From the NCBI GenBank assembly GCA_047971915.1, contig JBKEAD010000240.1:1133-65132 (forward strand): a stretch of 64,000 nt of DNA. Direction: 5' to 3'. Below, piece by piece: positions 44,585 to 54,830 of the stretch. Made by a program: the position numbers and the translations under genes. The number at the start of each line of letters is the position of its first letter. The first letter of the stretch is position 1. The notes under the pieces are model-generated. The model worked only from the letters and a program-made list of their open reading frames with translations, made no database searches and was not told the DNA's origin. This DNA is from Chthoniobacterales bacterium. GTDB taxonomy: Bacteria; Verrucomicrobiota; Verrucomicrobiia; Chthoniobacterales; JBKEAD01.

Positions 44585-46498
44585 CTAATCTTTGGTTGTT
44601 TTTTTGGAGCCGCCGGGCTTCCAATAGAACATGATTGCGATGCCGACGCAGATAGCCAGCGAGCCGACCCATTTCAAGAGCCAGCCCGGATCGTAGAGGA
44701 CTTGCAGGGTGGTTTCGTTTAGGTCCTGCGGGTTCCATTCGGCTTGAGAGAATTTATAATTGAGTCCGCTGGTGATCGGCCAAAAACCGCCGGGCCAGCT
44801 AGCGGGGGAATTCATTTTTGCAATATCCGTCTTTGTTTCCCCCGTGGCGAGGTCTTTGAACTCGACGGTGGAAATGAAATTGGAGGGGTTTTGAGTGCCT
44901 TCGTAGCGGGGCACTTCAAACTTTAGCAAGTGTATGGAAAATGGTACTTGGCGAAGCTCAAGGCCGTAGCCGATACGGAGATTTCGGTAGTCTAGCGGCA
45001 GCGTCGTGAGGTCGCCACTGCGGACCCATGTGTCCGGGCCGGGTGGGGCACCGGGGATTTCGAGATGTGCCAGAAAGCCGGGGATTCCGCTTGCTTCGGA
45101 GCGTATCGCGGGATTTGCCGGGCGGATGCGGGTTGCAATTTTAGCTGAGGGGAGGATGTTTATAAGCTCGGCCTGCCAGTCGTTCCAGCCAGTTGCAAAG
45201 CTGTCCCCGATGCCGGCATTTCCGCTGGCGGTCGCGTGGCCATTGCGCGAAATTACGAAATCGATTTTGGGAGCGTCATTATTTTTATTCGGCGTTTGGA
45301 TTGTGGCGTCGAGCGCGAGGGAGGCATCTGTTGGGATTAGCGTTTCCGAGCGTTGGAAAGAGATGCGAGCCAGAATTGCAGGGTTGTTATTTGTATCGGA
45401 GGCGTTGGTGGGTTTGCCGTCTTTTATTTTCAGGTCAGACCATGTTTCGAGGACTTCCAGAGTAGCGGGACCACTATCGGAATTTACGGAAATGCTTTTG
45501 CCGAGGAGGTCGCTGACCTTATAGGTCGCGGAGCTGTTGCCGGGGGACTGAATGGTCAGGTTTTTCCCGTCGGGGCTGAGGTGTAGGGCAATGCCGGACG
45601 TAATTGGATTTTTTTCGGCCTGGTCTGTTTGGGATAAATTTTGCGGAGACGTGTCATCTTGCTTTTGCTCTTGCACGCGAATAACGGGTGCGAATTTGCT
45701 GAAAACCATTTGGATCTCATGAAATTTTCTTTCGCTTTTTTTTGGAAGTTCGTCGCGGAGACGTATTTTTGCCATACCGAAGAGATCGGTTTGAGCCATA
45801 GCGGGTGCTACGGGATCAAGGAGCAAAATAGCATCGAAGGATTGTCCGGCCGTAACACTCGTGAGACGCAGATGAATGCCGGGGGAGCCTTGGGGCTGTG
45901 CTTCGAGAACGCTTTCTTCAAAAAGGTCGTCGGACGTTTCGGTAATTACGATTTGCCAATTTGTTTCAGGAACAGAAAGTTTTTCAGGGCGCGAGGCACT
46001 GGGTCGAATAACACTGGCATCGAAGGGAAGAACGTAGAGGCCGGCATTATTTGGAGCGGCAATTTGTAAAATACTTCGGCTGGTGGTAATGCGGTTGATC
46101 GGTGGCTCGGTGGTGTTGAGCCTCACATTACCTTCGAAGCCAAACTTTGAACCGACAACGGCTCCGCAAAGAAGGAGGATAATTCCGTAGTGAGTAATAA
46201 TGAAGCCGGTGTGTTTTTTTTGCCACGGCCAGCGGGTGAGGGTGACGGCAAAAAGATTTATGCAAAGAACCGCAAGCCAGAAAATGAACCAAGGTGCCTT
46301 GTAAATATAAGTTTGGGCCACAGCCGTGTCGAAACGGGATTCGTAGAAGGTGGCAACGGCACAAGCCAGGGCGATAGTGGCTAGCAAAAGAAGAGCTAGC
46401 TGTAGGGAGCCAAGCATGTGAATAAACTTCCATACGAAAGAATTTTTTTGGCGGTCAACAATAAGTTTTCGACGTTCGGCGTCGCTGCGTCTGCTCAT
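44585..46498 (-). CDS. ResB/Ccs1-like cytochrome c biogenesis family protein
   Basis: 637 aa. The N-terminal TMs (LGSLQLALLLLATIALACAVATFYES...) are followed by a large extracytoplasmic domain and a C-terminal TM, which is the ResB layout. Confidence 0.7.
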   Translation of the reverse strand: MSRRSDAERRKLIVDRQKNSFVWKFIHMLGSLQLALLLLATIALACAVATFYESRFDTAVAQTYIYKAPWFIFWLAVLCINLFAVTLTRWPWQKKHTGFIITHYGIILLLCGAVVGSKFGFEGNVRLNTTEPPINRITTSRSILQIAAPNNAGLYVLPFDASVIRPSASRPEKLSVPETNWQIVITETSDDLFEESVLEAQPQGSPGIHLRLTSVTAGQSFDAILLLDPVAPAMAQTDLFGMAKIRLRDELPKKSERKFHEIQMVFSKFAPVIRVQEQKQDDTSPQNLSQTDQAEKNPITSGIALHLSPDGKNLTIQSPGNSSATYKVSDLLGKSISVNSDSGPATLEVLETWSDLKIKDGKPTNASDTNNNPAILARISFQRSETLIPTDASLALDATIQTPNKNNDAPKIDFVISRNGHATASGNAGIGDSFATGWNDWQAELINILPSAKIATRIRPANPAIRSEASGIPGFLAHLEIPGAPPGPDTWVRSGDLTTLPLDYRNLRIGYGLELRQVPFSIHLLKFEVPRYEGTQNPSNFISTVEFKDLATGETKTDIAKMNSPASWPGGFWPITSGLNYKFSQAEWNPQDLNETTLQVLYDPGWLLKWVGSLAICVGIAIMFYWKPGGSKKTTKD

Positions 46499-46500
46499 AA

Positions 46501-48843
46501 TTAGTTGATGACTCCGGGGGGAGGTGAAGTATTACGAAGTAAATAAGCCGCACCGATGGCAGCGAGGCTAAAAATAGCGAGAATACCGAGAGCACTCCAT
46601 GTAGTGAATGCAGTGAGGTAAATAATGAGGGGCCCTTGCAAAAAAAGGCCTGCTGGCAAGACGACACAGGCGTATTTTTTTGCCATCGCCTGTAGAGGGT
46701 GCCCCGCTTTTTGGTCCGGATTGTTTTTTAACTTTGTAGTTTTTGGTGGACGTGGTTTTGGGGTGCTGCCGGAAATTTCTTTTTCAACCCCTCGGAGAGC
46801 ACTCCATGTAACCGTAAAGCTGGATACTAGCATGAGTGTGGCGGCAAGGATGGGATGGATAACTCCGATTGCCGCAAGGGTGATACCGATGGTGTTGTAA
46901 GCCGCGGCGAAAAGAAGGTTGCGCCGAATGGCGCGGACGGTGCGGCGGCAACAGGCCAGTGCGTCCGGAAGCGCAGCCAGAGCACTGCCGGGAATTTCGG
47001 CTGAGGCTGCGTGGCCGGCCAACGGGCTGCCGTTACTAATGGATATAGCGGCGGTGGCAAGGCTCATTGCAGGGGCATCGTTGGTGCCGTCGCCGACGAA
47101 GAGGACGTGTCGGCCTTCGGCTTCGAGAGCTTTTATACGCCGAGCTTTGTCCTCGGGTGAGAGATTGCTTTCGACTTTATCAAAACCATGAACGGCGGCG
47201 GACTCGGCCCGATCACCTGTGAGAATGAGGCATTCGTAGTTTTGACCTTGCAGAGCTTGGATCGTGGCACGCGCCCCATCGCGGAGATGTTCGCGTAGGA
47301 GAGCCAGCCCGACCAACGCGCCGTTTTTACAAATAAAAACTTCCTGACAAGAGGCGGGGTCTTGAACGAGGCGGCTACGGAGCTTTTCGGCCTGTTGGGA
47401 TTGCTGGTGGAGATCGACGAGGGATTTATTTCCGATTTCCCAGAGTTTTCCGTTTTCTGAGGGAATATCCGAATCCGCGGTTGAGAAAATTTTTCCGCGC
47501 AGCCCACAGCCCGGAAGAACTTCGACTTCTTTTGCGATACGGGTGATATTTTTTTGCCGAAAAGCACGGGCGATGGGATGGGAACTTGCGTTTTCAACGA
47601 TGGCAACGGCTTCGAGAACTTTTTGCCGGGCGTCGGAGTTTTCTTCCGCAGCGACGAAATCAACGATACTCAAATGCTCCTCGCCAAGAGTTCCGGTTTT
47701 GTCGAAAACGACGGTGTCCACCGAGGAAAGTTTTTCGATGAGATCGCTATCTTTGGTGATGATGCCTCTGCGTGCCAGTGCGCCGAGTGCCCCCCAGATA
47801 CCGATGGGTGTAGCAAGTCCCATGGAACAAGGGCAGGCTACGACGAGAACGGCGAGTGCATTAAAAACGCCGAGTAGCCAAGAGTCCCGCAGGGTCCAGA
47901 ATAAAAAGGTTCCGGTAGCCACAAGAAGAACAATGGGCAAAAACCACTGAACCAATTTGTCGGCCTCGCGTTGGAGGCGAGAAGGCGCACTCTGGGCTTC
48001 GCGCACTTGGTTTAGCAAACGGTCGAGGAGGCGATCGTCTGTAGCTTGCGTCGCCTCGATGATGAGGGGATGATCCACAACGTAACTGCCTGCATAGACT
48101 CTATCTCCCGGACGTTTAACGACCGGAAAGGTTTCGCCGGTGAGTGCCGATTCCTGAACAAAAGCACTGCCCTCGCGGATGATCCCATCTACGGGTATGC
48201 CGCCGCCTTCGGTGACTCGGACGCGGTCGTGAGGCGCGAGTTCGGAGACTTTGCGTTTGCTCCAAGTGCCGTCGCAAGAGATGGCTTCACAGATTTGGAA
48301 TTCTTCGCCAAGTTGTTTTGCATAGGCGACGGCGGCGGCCCGACGGTTATCGCCGATGAGTTTTCCAAATGTATAAATGGCCACTAAAATGGCTACAACT
48401 TCATAATAAATGTCACCATTTCCGGTTAAGGTCGAATGTAGCGAAGCGAAAAACGCTCCGATGATTCCGGCGAGAAATAATTGCTCAATCACAATTTTTC
48501 TGGCTCGAAAGGCCGACCAAGACGCGGTGAAAATAGGCAAGCCCACGAGAAGGAAAACGGCAATGGCTGACAAGGCGAGCAAGCCATGAATAAGCAGCCG
48601 AGCCGTGCCAACAGGTGGAGACATGCTGGCAGCGAGGCCGAAAATCATGGATTGCCCCGCAATCAAGACAGCAAAAACCATTCGCATCCAAATCCCCGTA
48701 GAGGAGGAATCGGAATCCGAATTTTGCGCGTTGGCTTTGCTTTGACACTGACAACATCCTGCCATCGCGGGGAGGATAGTGTTTTTCTCAAGCATTTCAA
48801 CACTTGGGTTGATTGATGCGTGTTTTTGGGTGGGGTTACCCAC
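46501..48843 (-). CDS. Heavy-metal translocating P1B-type ATPase with C-terminal 2-TM extension
   Basis: 780 aa with CPC (VVACPCSMGLATP), FDKTGTLG and GDGTNDAPA. No GMTCxxC HMA domain is present; the N-terminus has AGCCQCQ. GTG start, with an alternative ATG at 48795. Confidence 0.85.
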   Translation of the reverse strand: MGNPTQKHASINPSVEMLEKNTILPAMAGCCQCQSKANAQNSDSDSSSTGIWMRMVFAVLIAGQSMIFGLAASMSPPVGTARLLIHGLLALSAIAVFLLVGLPIFTASWSAFRARKIVIEQLFLAGIIGAFFASLHSTLTGNGDIYYEVVAILVAIYTFGKLIGDNRRAAAVAYAKQLGEEFQICEAISCDGTWSKRKVSELAPHDRVRVTEGGGIPVDGIIREGSAFVQESALTGETFPVVKRPGDRVYAGSYVVDHPLIIEATQATDDRLLDRLLNQVREAQSAPSRLQREADKLVQWFLPIVLLVATGTFLFWTLRDSWLLGVFNALAVLVVACPCSMGLATPIGIWGALGALARRGIITKDSDLIEKLSSVDTVVFDKTGTLGEEHLSIVDFVAAEENSDARQKVLEAVAIVENASSHPIARAFRQKNITRIAKEVEVLPGCGLRGKIFSTADSDIPSENGKLWEIGNKSLVDLHQQSQQAEKLRSRLVQDPASCQEVFICKNGALVGLALLREHLRDGARATIQALQGQNYECLILTGDRAESAAVHGFDKVESNLSPEDKARRIKALEAEGRHVLFVGDGTNDAPAMSLATAAISISNGSPLAGHAASAEIPGSALAALPDALACCRRTVRAIRRNLLFAAAYNTIGITLAAIGVIHPILAATLMLVSSFTVTWSALRGVEKEISGSTPKPRPPKTTKLKNNPDQKAGHPLQAMAKKYACVVLPAGLFLQGPLIIYLTAFTTWSALGILAIFSLAAIGAAYLLRNTSPPPGVIN

Positions 48844-48944
48844 GCTTTGTTTTATATAAAAGAAGGGATTTGGTTTGTCATGCGCGGTAATTTATTGAAT
48901 GTCTTTTAGCTTTTGAAAAACTTTCTAATCGCTGACTCCACCTG

Positions 48945-51272
48945 ATGCTTACTGCCCTTGCTCTAGTTTCCTTGCTGGCCGCGCTTGCGCCGACCTTGCA
49001 TCGCTTTTTGCGCGATGCTAGCGGTTGGCTTTTTGCCACGGTTCCGGCGGGTATCTTTTTTTATTTTGGGCAAAAGCTTCTCCTTCTTTCGCAGACGGGT
49101 GCGACCTCTGAATCGACACCGTGGATTCCTACGCTCGGAATCGAACTGTCCTTTCTCTACGACGGCCTTAGTTTACTATTTGTTTTGCTGATTAGCGGAA
49201 TCGGCACACTTATCTTTATCTACGCCGGGGGGTATCTGAAGGGGCATGCTCAGCGTGGACGCTTCTTTTGTTTTCTCAGCATTTTTATGGGAGCGATGCT
49301 CGGGGTTGTAACGGCTGAAAACTTGCTGACGCTTTTCATCTTCTGGGAGCTTACGAGTCTATCTTCTTACTTGTTGATTGGTTTTAATCACGAAAAACCC
49401 GAATCTCGCGCAGCAGCCCTCCAGGCCTTTTTGGTTACTTTTACAGGAGGGCAAGCAATGCTTGTTGCTTTTATTTTACTTGGTTTTGTCGGCGGCTCCT
49501 ACTCGCTCACAGAGCTGATGGCAAGTGCCAGGGTTATTCAAAATAGCAGTCTTTACGTCCCGATTCTTCTTTTGCTTCTCGGCGGAGCCTTTACAAAATC
49601 GGCGCAGACGCCTTTTCACTTTTGGTTGCCGGGGGCAATGGCCGCGCCCACTCCGGTGAGTGCTTATTTGCATTCGGCAACGATGGTTACTGCTGGCGTT
49701 TTTTTGCTAGCGCGGGTGAACCCCATTCTTGGCGGCACGGTTCTCTGGAGCACGCTTTTGATAAGTTTTGGAATGCTTACGATGCTTACGGGAGCCATCC
49801 TCTCGGTCGGTCAACTCGACCTCAAGCGGCTGCTTGCCTACTCCACGGTTAGCGCGTTGGGCACGCTGGTGATGCTTCTTGGCATCGGAACGGAAGTAGC
49901 CATCGAGGCTGCGGCACTGTATCTTGTTGTTCATTCTCTTTATAAGGGTGCTCTTTTTCTGGTTGCCGGCGGGGTGGACCACGAAACGGGCACCCGCGAT
50001 GTCACGGAGCTTAGTGGGCTTTTTCGTGCGATGCCTCTCACGGCAGCCGTCGCGGGAATTGCGGCACTTTCGATGTGCGGTATTCCTCCGGCACTTGGGT
50101 TTTTAAGTAAAGAGCTTATGTATGAAGCGGGTTTGAAGGCACCATCGTGGCAGTGGCTCCTCGTCGGTGCAGCACTCATTTCAAATGCGCTGGCCATTGC
50201 AGTCGGCTCTATTGTTGCGCTTGATCCCTTTTATGGTTCAAAGAAAAAAACACCCAAGTCGGCTCATGAAGTTCCGATTTCGCTTTGGCTTGGGCCGGGG
50301 TTGCTCGCGTTTGCCGGGCTGGCTTTCGGCATGTTTCCTTGGCTCATCGATAGCAATCTCGTGGGAAATATGCGTGCGGCGATTTTGAATCTCAGCCCCA
50401 TCGAGCAGGGTGAGATGTCGCTGCATCTTTGGCATGGCTTTACACCGATGCTTGCGCTCAGTGGTGTGACGGTCGCTTTGGGAGCGGGGCTTTATTTTTC
50501 TCGTAAGCGGCTTCGGCAAGTCCGGGAAATGGCGGCTCCGCTTAACCGCTTCGGTCCCGAACATGCTTATAATAATCTCTTAGGATTTCTCGTTCGTTTT
50601 TCGGATTTGCAGACGCGTTTTTTTCAGCACGGCTACTTGCGTTTGTATGTGCTGACGGTCATTGGTGTTGCGACGGCGGCCATCTTGCTCGGGCTGACGC
50701 GTTCGGATGAGTTTAGCCTGTTTTTTAAATTTAAAATTGGAGAAGTCTCGCTTTACGAACTGCTCATAGTGACCGCTATTTTTGTGGCAGGGATTACGGC
50801 TACACGAATTCACGGACGGCTTGTTTCGGTGGCACTTCTTAGTGTCATCGGCTACAGTATCGCGCTTATTTTTGCTCTCTATGGGGCACCTGATCTTGCG
50901 TTCACTCAATTTTTGGTCGAGACGCTTACCCTGATTCTTTTTGTTCTCGTTCTGTATCACCTGCCTAAATCGAAGGCACTTTCTTCAAGTAAAATTCGCA
51001 TTCGAGATGCGATTATTTGCAGTCTTTTTGGCGTTGCCGTTACGCTCATGGTTTTACAGGCTCAGGTAGGTCCGCGGAATACAACGATGCGGGATTATTT
51101 TATGGAAAATAGCCTGACGGCAAAAGGTCACAATGTCGTCAATGTCATTCTAGTTGATTTTCGTGCTCTTGATACACTTGGAGAAATTACCGTGCTCGCG
51201 CTTGCAGGTATCGGCGTTTTTGCCCTTTTAAAATTGCGTCGTGGAGGTCCAAAACCGGAGGAGAAAAACTAA
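48945..51272 (+). CDS. mrpA: Na+/H+ antiporter Mrp/Mnh subunit A (NuoL-like plus MnhB-like domain)
   Basis: 775 aa. It is a proton-antiporter-like polytopic protein and the first gene of a seven-gene mrp cluster. Confidence 0.85.
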   Translation: MLTALALVSLLAALAPTLHRFLRDASGWLFATVPAGIFFYFGQKLLLLSQTGATSESTPWIPTLGIELSFLYDGLSLLFVLLISGIGTLIFIYAGGYLKGHAQRGRFFCFLSIFMGAMLGVVTAENLLTLFIFWELTSLSSYLLIGFNHEKPESRAAALQAFLVTFTGGQAMLVAFILLGFVGGSYSLTELMASARVIQNSSLYVPILLLLLGGAFTKSAQTPFHFWLPGAMAAPTPVSAYLHSATMVTAGVFLLARVNPILGGTVLWSTLLISFGMLTMLTGAILSVGQLDLKRLLAYSTVSALGTLVMLLGIGTEVAIEAAALYLVVHSLYKGALFLVAGGVDHETGTRDVTELSGLFRAMPLTAAVAGIAALSMCGIPPALGFLSKELMYEAGLKAPSWQWLLVGAALISNALAIAVGSIVALDPFYGSKKKTPKSAHEVPISLWLGPGLLAFAGLAFGMFPWLIDSNLVGNMRAAILNLSPIEQGEMSLHLWHGFTPMLALSGVTVALGAGLYFSRKRLRQVREMAAPLNRFGPEHAYNNLLGFLVRFSDLQTRFFQHGYLRLYVLTVIGVATAAILLGLTRSDEFSLFFKFKIGEVSLYELLIVTAIFVAGITATRIHGRLVSVALLSVIGYSIALIFALYGAPDLAFTQFLVETLTLILFVLVLYHLPKSKALSSSKIRIRDAIICSLFGVAVTLMVLQAQVGPRNTTMRDYFMENSLTAKGHNVVNVILVDFRALDTLGEITVLALAGIGVFALLKLRRGGPKPEEKN

Positions 51273-51281
51273 GCCAAATTT

Positions 51282-51713
51282 ATGGAATCTATCATACTCC
51301 AGACCGCGGCTCGCATCATCGTCCCGCTACAGATTTTTCTTTCTCTTATTGTTTTGCTACGAGGACACAACGAGCCCGGCGGTGGTTTCATTGGTGGTTT
51401 GCTCGCGGCGGCGGCTATTATTCTCTACGGGTTTGCTTTTGATCTTCCCAGCGCACAGAAACTTTTACGTTTTCCGCCGAAGTTTTTTATAGGTATGGGG
51501 TTATTATTTGCAGCCTTTAGCGGCATCCCACCGATGCTGGAGGGAAAACCTTTTCTTACCGGACTTTGGAGCAATCTAGCCATCCCGACCATCATTGTGG
51601 GAAAGGTGAAGCTCGGCACACCGGTTTTTTTTGACATAGGGGTCTTTTTTGTAGTGATCGGTATTGCCACGATTATGGTTTTCTCATTTGCGGAAGAAAG
51701 GAGGGAGAAGTAG
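51282..51713 (+). CDS. mrpB: Mrp/Mnh subunit B
   Basis: 143 aa with [14 protein letters not shown], typical of the MnhB domain. Confidence 0.8.
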   Translation: MESIILQTAARIIVPLQIFLSLIVLLRGHNEPGGGFIGGLLAAAAIILYGFAFDLPSAQKLLRFPPKFFIGMGLLFAAFSGIPPMLEGKPFLTGLWSNLAIPTIIVGKVKLGTPVFFDIGVFFVVIGIATIMVFSFAEERREK

Positions 51714-51715
51714 GT

Positions 51716-52063
51716 ATGGAATTTCTTCTTGCAGTCACTTCTGGCGGCATTTTGGCGATGTCGCTCTATCTTTTGCTGCGGCGTAGTATGGTAAAGGTCA
51801 TCCTCGGTGTGATGCTCTTCGGGCAGGGGGTAAACCTCATCATCTTTTGTGCTTCGGGTCTCACCCGCAATAGAGCACCTATCATCCCTGCTAATGCAGA
51901 GGCTATTGCAGGGCCTCATGCCGACCCGTTGCCCCAGGCACTTATTCTCACGGCTATTGTCATCGGATTTGGAGTTCTCGCTTTTACGCTGGCACTCATG
52001 CGCAAGACACACCAAGCCCTACGAACGGATGATCTGGACAATATGAAGGAGAGTGACGGATGA
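51716..52063 (+). CDS. mrpC: Mrp/Mnh subunit C (NuoK-like)
   Basis: 115 aa with 3 TM. Position and size fit the operon. Confidence 0.85.
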   Translation: MEFLLAVTSGGILAMSLYLLLRRSMVKVILGVMLFGQGVNLIIFCASGLTRNRAPIIPANAEAIAGPHADPLPQALILTAIVIGFGVLAFTLALMRKTHQALRTDDLDNMKESDG

Positions 52064-53556
52064 GCACTCTGATAGTCCTTCCCATTCTTATTCCGCTTCT
52101 TGCCGGTGCTTTCATGCTTCTCATGCCCAATCGCCAGGCTCGGCAAATTTTAAATACCTTTGCCTGCCTTGCACATCTCGTTGTGGATATTTATCTGCTC
52201 CAATATGTGATGACGCACGGAATCCAAAGCGTGCAGCTCGGCGACTGGCCAGCTCCGTTTGGTATCTCTTTTGTCGTGGATACGCTCAGTGCGGCAATGA
52301 TTTCGATCACAGGGTTTACCGGTCTGCTCGTTGGTATTTATGCTTTTTCAGATATTGATAAAGAGCGCGAGTTTTACGGTTTTTATCCTCTCTATCAAAT
52401 CCTCATCATGGGAGTCAGTGGAGCTTTTCTGACGGGGGATCTTTTTAATATGTTCGTGTGGTTTGAGGTCATGCTCATGGCTTCTTTTGTGCTACTTGCT
52501 CTCGGTGGTGAACGTCCACAGCTCGAAGGTGCGGTTAAATATTTAGTTTTAAATTTTCTGTCCTCTAGTCTTTTTCTGACCGCTCTCGGTATCCTCTACG
52601 CCGAAGCTGGAACACTCAATATTGCTGACCTCGCACGCTACGTCGGGCAGCATGGAACAAATAGTGAGCTTTTAACCGTGGCCATGCTTCTAATGGTCGC
52701 TTTTGGGTTGAAGGCCGGTGTCTTCCCGGTGTTCTCTTGGCTCCCCGCTTCTTACCATACGCCACCGGTTAGTGTTTCAGCCATTTTCGCCGGCTTGCTT
52801 ACGAAAGTCGGCGTTTATGCACTCATCCGTGTTTTCACGACAGTGTTTATTAGCGACACAAGCTTTACTCACAACATATTGATCGTCATAGCACTTTTTA
52901 CAATGGTCACAGGCGTCCTTGGTGCTGCCGCCCAATTTGAGATTCGTAAAATACTCTCCTTCCACATCATTAGCCAAATCGGCTACATGGTCCTCGGCCT
53001 TGGTTTTTTCACAACCGCAGCACTTGCGGCATCTACCTTTTATATCCTCCATCACATCATTGTAAAAACGAACCTTTTCTTGATTGGCGGGGTCATCCAA
53101 CATACCAAAGGCACGGCCCAACTCAAAAAAATCGGAGGTTTTTATAAAGCCTACCCTTGGCTCGCCTTTCTTTTTCTCATTCCCGCTATGTCGCTTGGCG
53201 GCATTCCGCCACTTTCCGGATTTTTTGCAAAATTCACCCTCGTTCGCGAAGGCCTTTCGCATTTTCACTATGTTTCCGTCGCTATCGCTCTCCTCGTTGG
53301 AGTATTGACTCTCTACTCCATGACCAAAATTTGGGCCGAAGCTTTTTGGAAGGCCGATCCTGATAAAGAAATTGGAGCCGACGACAAAACGCCGAAAGCT
53401 ATTCCGGTCTCGATGTGGATACCCATTCTCATCATGGCACTTACCACCCTAGCGATTGGTTTCTATCCCGAGTGGCTTCTTGCCATCGCCACCCAAGCAG
53501 GCAAAGAACTCATGGACCCCAGTCACTACATCCAAGCGGTAATGAACCCACATTAA
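52060..53556 (+). CDS. mrpD: Mrp/Mnh subunit D (NuoN/M-like)
   Basis: 498 aa with a proton-conducting antiporter-like fold. 4-nt overlap with mrpC. Confidence 0.85.
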   Translation: MSTLIVLPILIPLLAGAFMLLMPNRQARQILNTFACLAHLVVDIYLLQYVMTHGIQSVQLGDWPAPFGISFVVDTLSAAMISITGFTGLLVGIYAFSDIDKEREFYGFYPLYQILIMGVSGAFLTGDLFNMFVWFEVMLMASFVLLALGGERPQLEGAVKYLVLNFLSSSLFLTALGILYAEAGTLNIADLARYVGQHGTNSELLTVAMLLMVAFGLKAGVFPVFSWLPASYHTPPVSVSAIFAGLLTKVGVYALIRVFTTVFISDTSFTHNILIVIALFTMVTGVLGAAAQFEIRKILSFHIISQIGYMVLGLGFFTTAALAASTFYILHHIIVKTNLFLIGGVIQHTKGTAQLKKIGGFYKAYPWLAFLFLIPAMSLGGIPPLSGFFAKFTLVREGLSHFHYVSVAIALLVGVLTLYSMTKIWAEAFWKADPDKEIGADDKTPKAIPVSMWIPILIMALTTLAIGFYPEWLLAIATQAGKELMDPSHYIQAVMNPH

Positions 53557-53565
53557 AAAAATGCC

Positions 53566-53916
53566 ATGAAAATCATGCCGATAAATCTTCTCACCTTCCC
53601 CTTCCGACTTGTCCTTTTTTTGCTTTTCTATGCGAGAGAAATTTTCATTTCCAATATCAAAGTCGCTTGGGATGTCATCACGCCCGGCACGATGAGTACG
53701 CCCGGTATCATCGCCCTGCCGCTTGATGCAAAAAGCGATATTGAAATCCTCACCCTCGCTAACCTCATCACGATGACTCCCGGCACGCTGACTCTGGATG
53801 TTTCCACGGATCGCAAAACGCTTTACGTTCACTGCATGTATCTCGAAAATGCCGAGCAACTCAAAAAAGAACTCAAAAAAGGCCTCGAAGCCCGCGTCAT
53901 CAATCTCTATTCCTAA
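53566..53916 (+). CDS. mrpE: Mrp/Mnh subunit E
   Basis: 116 aa with LANLITMTPGTLTLDV, characteristic of MnhE. Confidence 0.75.
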   Translation: MKIMPINLLTFPFRLVLFLLFYAREIFISNIKVAWDVITPGTMSTPGIIALPLDAKSDIEILTLANLITMTPGTLTLDVSTDRKTLYVHCMYLENAEQLKKELKKGLEARVINLYS

Positions 53917-54192
53917 ATGCTCACACCCACTGTCAGTATTATTGTTTTTTTACTTCTCTCAGGAGCTCTGCTTTTTACGCTGATTCGCCTGCTCATCGGA
54001 CCCACCCTCTCGGATCGTGTCGTCGCACTGGATCTTCTCGGCTTTGTCATCGTCAGTATCATTGCCGCCAATATGCTACAAACTGGAGAAACTTTTTACC
54101 TCGATGTTCTCGTTGTTTTCGGCATCCTCATTTTTTTTGGAACCGTCGCCTTCGCCCGTTACATCGAAAAACGCCTTCAAGATGATGATTAG
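53917..54192 (+). CDS. mrpF: Mrp/Mnh subunit F
   Basis: 91 aa with 3 TM. Operon position fits. Confidence 0.8.
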   Translation: MLTPTVSIIVFLLLSGALLFTLIRLLIGPTLSDRVVALDLLGFVIVSIIAANMLQTGETFYLDVLVVFGILIFFGTVAFARYIEKRLQDDD

Positions 54193-54535
54193 TTGGATTA
54201 TCAATATTCTGGCTCTAGCAGGTGCCTTTTTTATCTTCGTTGCCGGTCTCGGCATCTTTCGCTTATCGGATATTTTTCTCCGTATGCACGCCGCCACAAA
54301 AGCCAGCTCGCTGGGGCTCGGCCTTTTACTCCTCGCCCTCATTCTCGTCGTGCCAGAATTGGGTGTTGCCATAAAAGCCAGTCTAATGATCTTATTTATT
54401 TTTCTGACCTCTCCCATTGCCGCTCACATGATTGGTCGAGCCGCCTATTTTCACAACACTCCGATGGCTGACAACACCAAACTCGACGAGCTTAAAGACA
54501 AATACGCCGACGACCACTCCAAGCTCGATAGCTGA
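54182..54535 (+). CDS. mrpG: Mrp/Mnh subunit G
   Basis: It has GIFRLSDIFLRMHAATKASSLG. The start is set at the ATG at 54182, because the track ORF (54017) runs through mrpF. Confidence 0.8.
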   Translation: MMISWIINILALAGAFFIFVAGLGIFRLSDIFLRMHAATKASSLGLGLLLLALILVVPELGVAIKASLMILFIFLTSPIAAHMIGRAAYFHNTPMADNTKLDELKDKYADDHSKLDS

Positions 54536-54581
54536 TTTATGATTGCAGACGAGAAAAGCTTTCGGTATTTTCAAAGGAACG

Positions 54582-54828
54582 ATGGATGCTGCAACAATTG
54601 AAAAAGAAGCTCTTACCTTGACGGTCACCGAAAGGGCCCTACTTGCGAATCGTTTGCTCGCCAAACGCATGGAGACAAATTAGTGCAAGACACAGTCGTT
54701 GTTTATTCCACAAATTTCCATACGCAGTAATTTACTCACAAGCGATGGAAGAGATTAAAGTTGCCGGAGTGATAAATCTTAAACGCGATCCTAAGTGGGC
54801 AGAACAACGAATGCACAGAACAGAATAA
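54582..54828 (+). pseudogene. Relic of a type II toxin-antitoxin pair (antitoxin N-terminus plus ParE/RelE-like toxin C-terminus)
   Basis: A 33-aa ORF, MDAATIEKEALTLTVTERALLANRLLAKRMETN*, resembles the N-terminus of 'addiction module component' antitoxins. Downstream, the frame ..FHKFPYAVIYSQAMEEIKVAGVINLKRDPKWAEQR resembles only the last ~40 aa of ParE/RelE toxins. Confidence 0.5.
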
Positions 54829-54830
54829 CC

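Noticed and set aside
54017-54181. A long 5' extension of the mrpG ORF.
   Set aside because: It runs in an alternative frame through mrpF. The conserved MnhG sequence begins at the ATG at 54182.
54536-54830. A possible FMN riboswitch in the 295-nt gap upstream of ribE.
   Set aside because: None of the conserved FMN-element blocks are visible. The gap is better explained by the TA relic.
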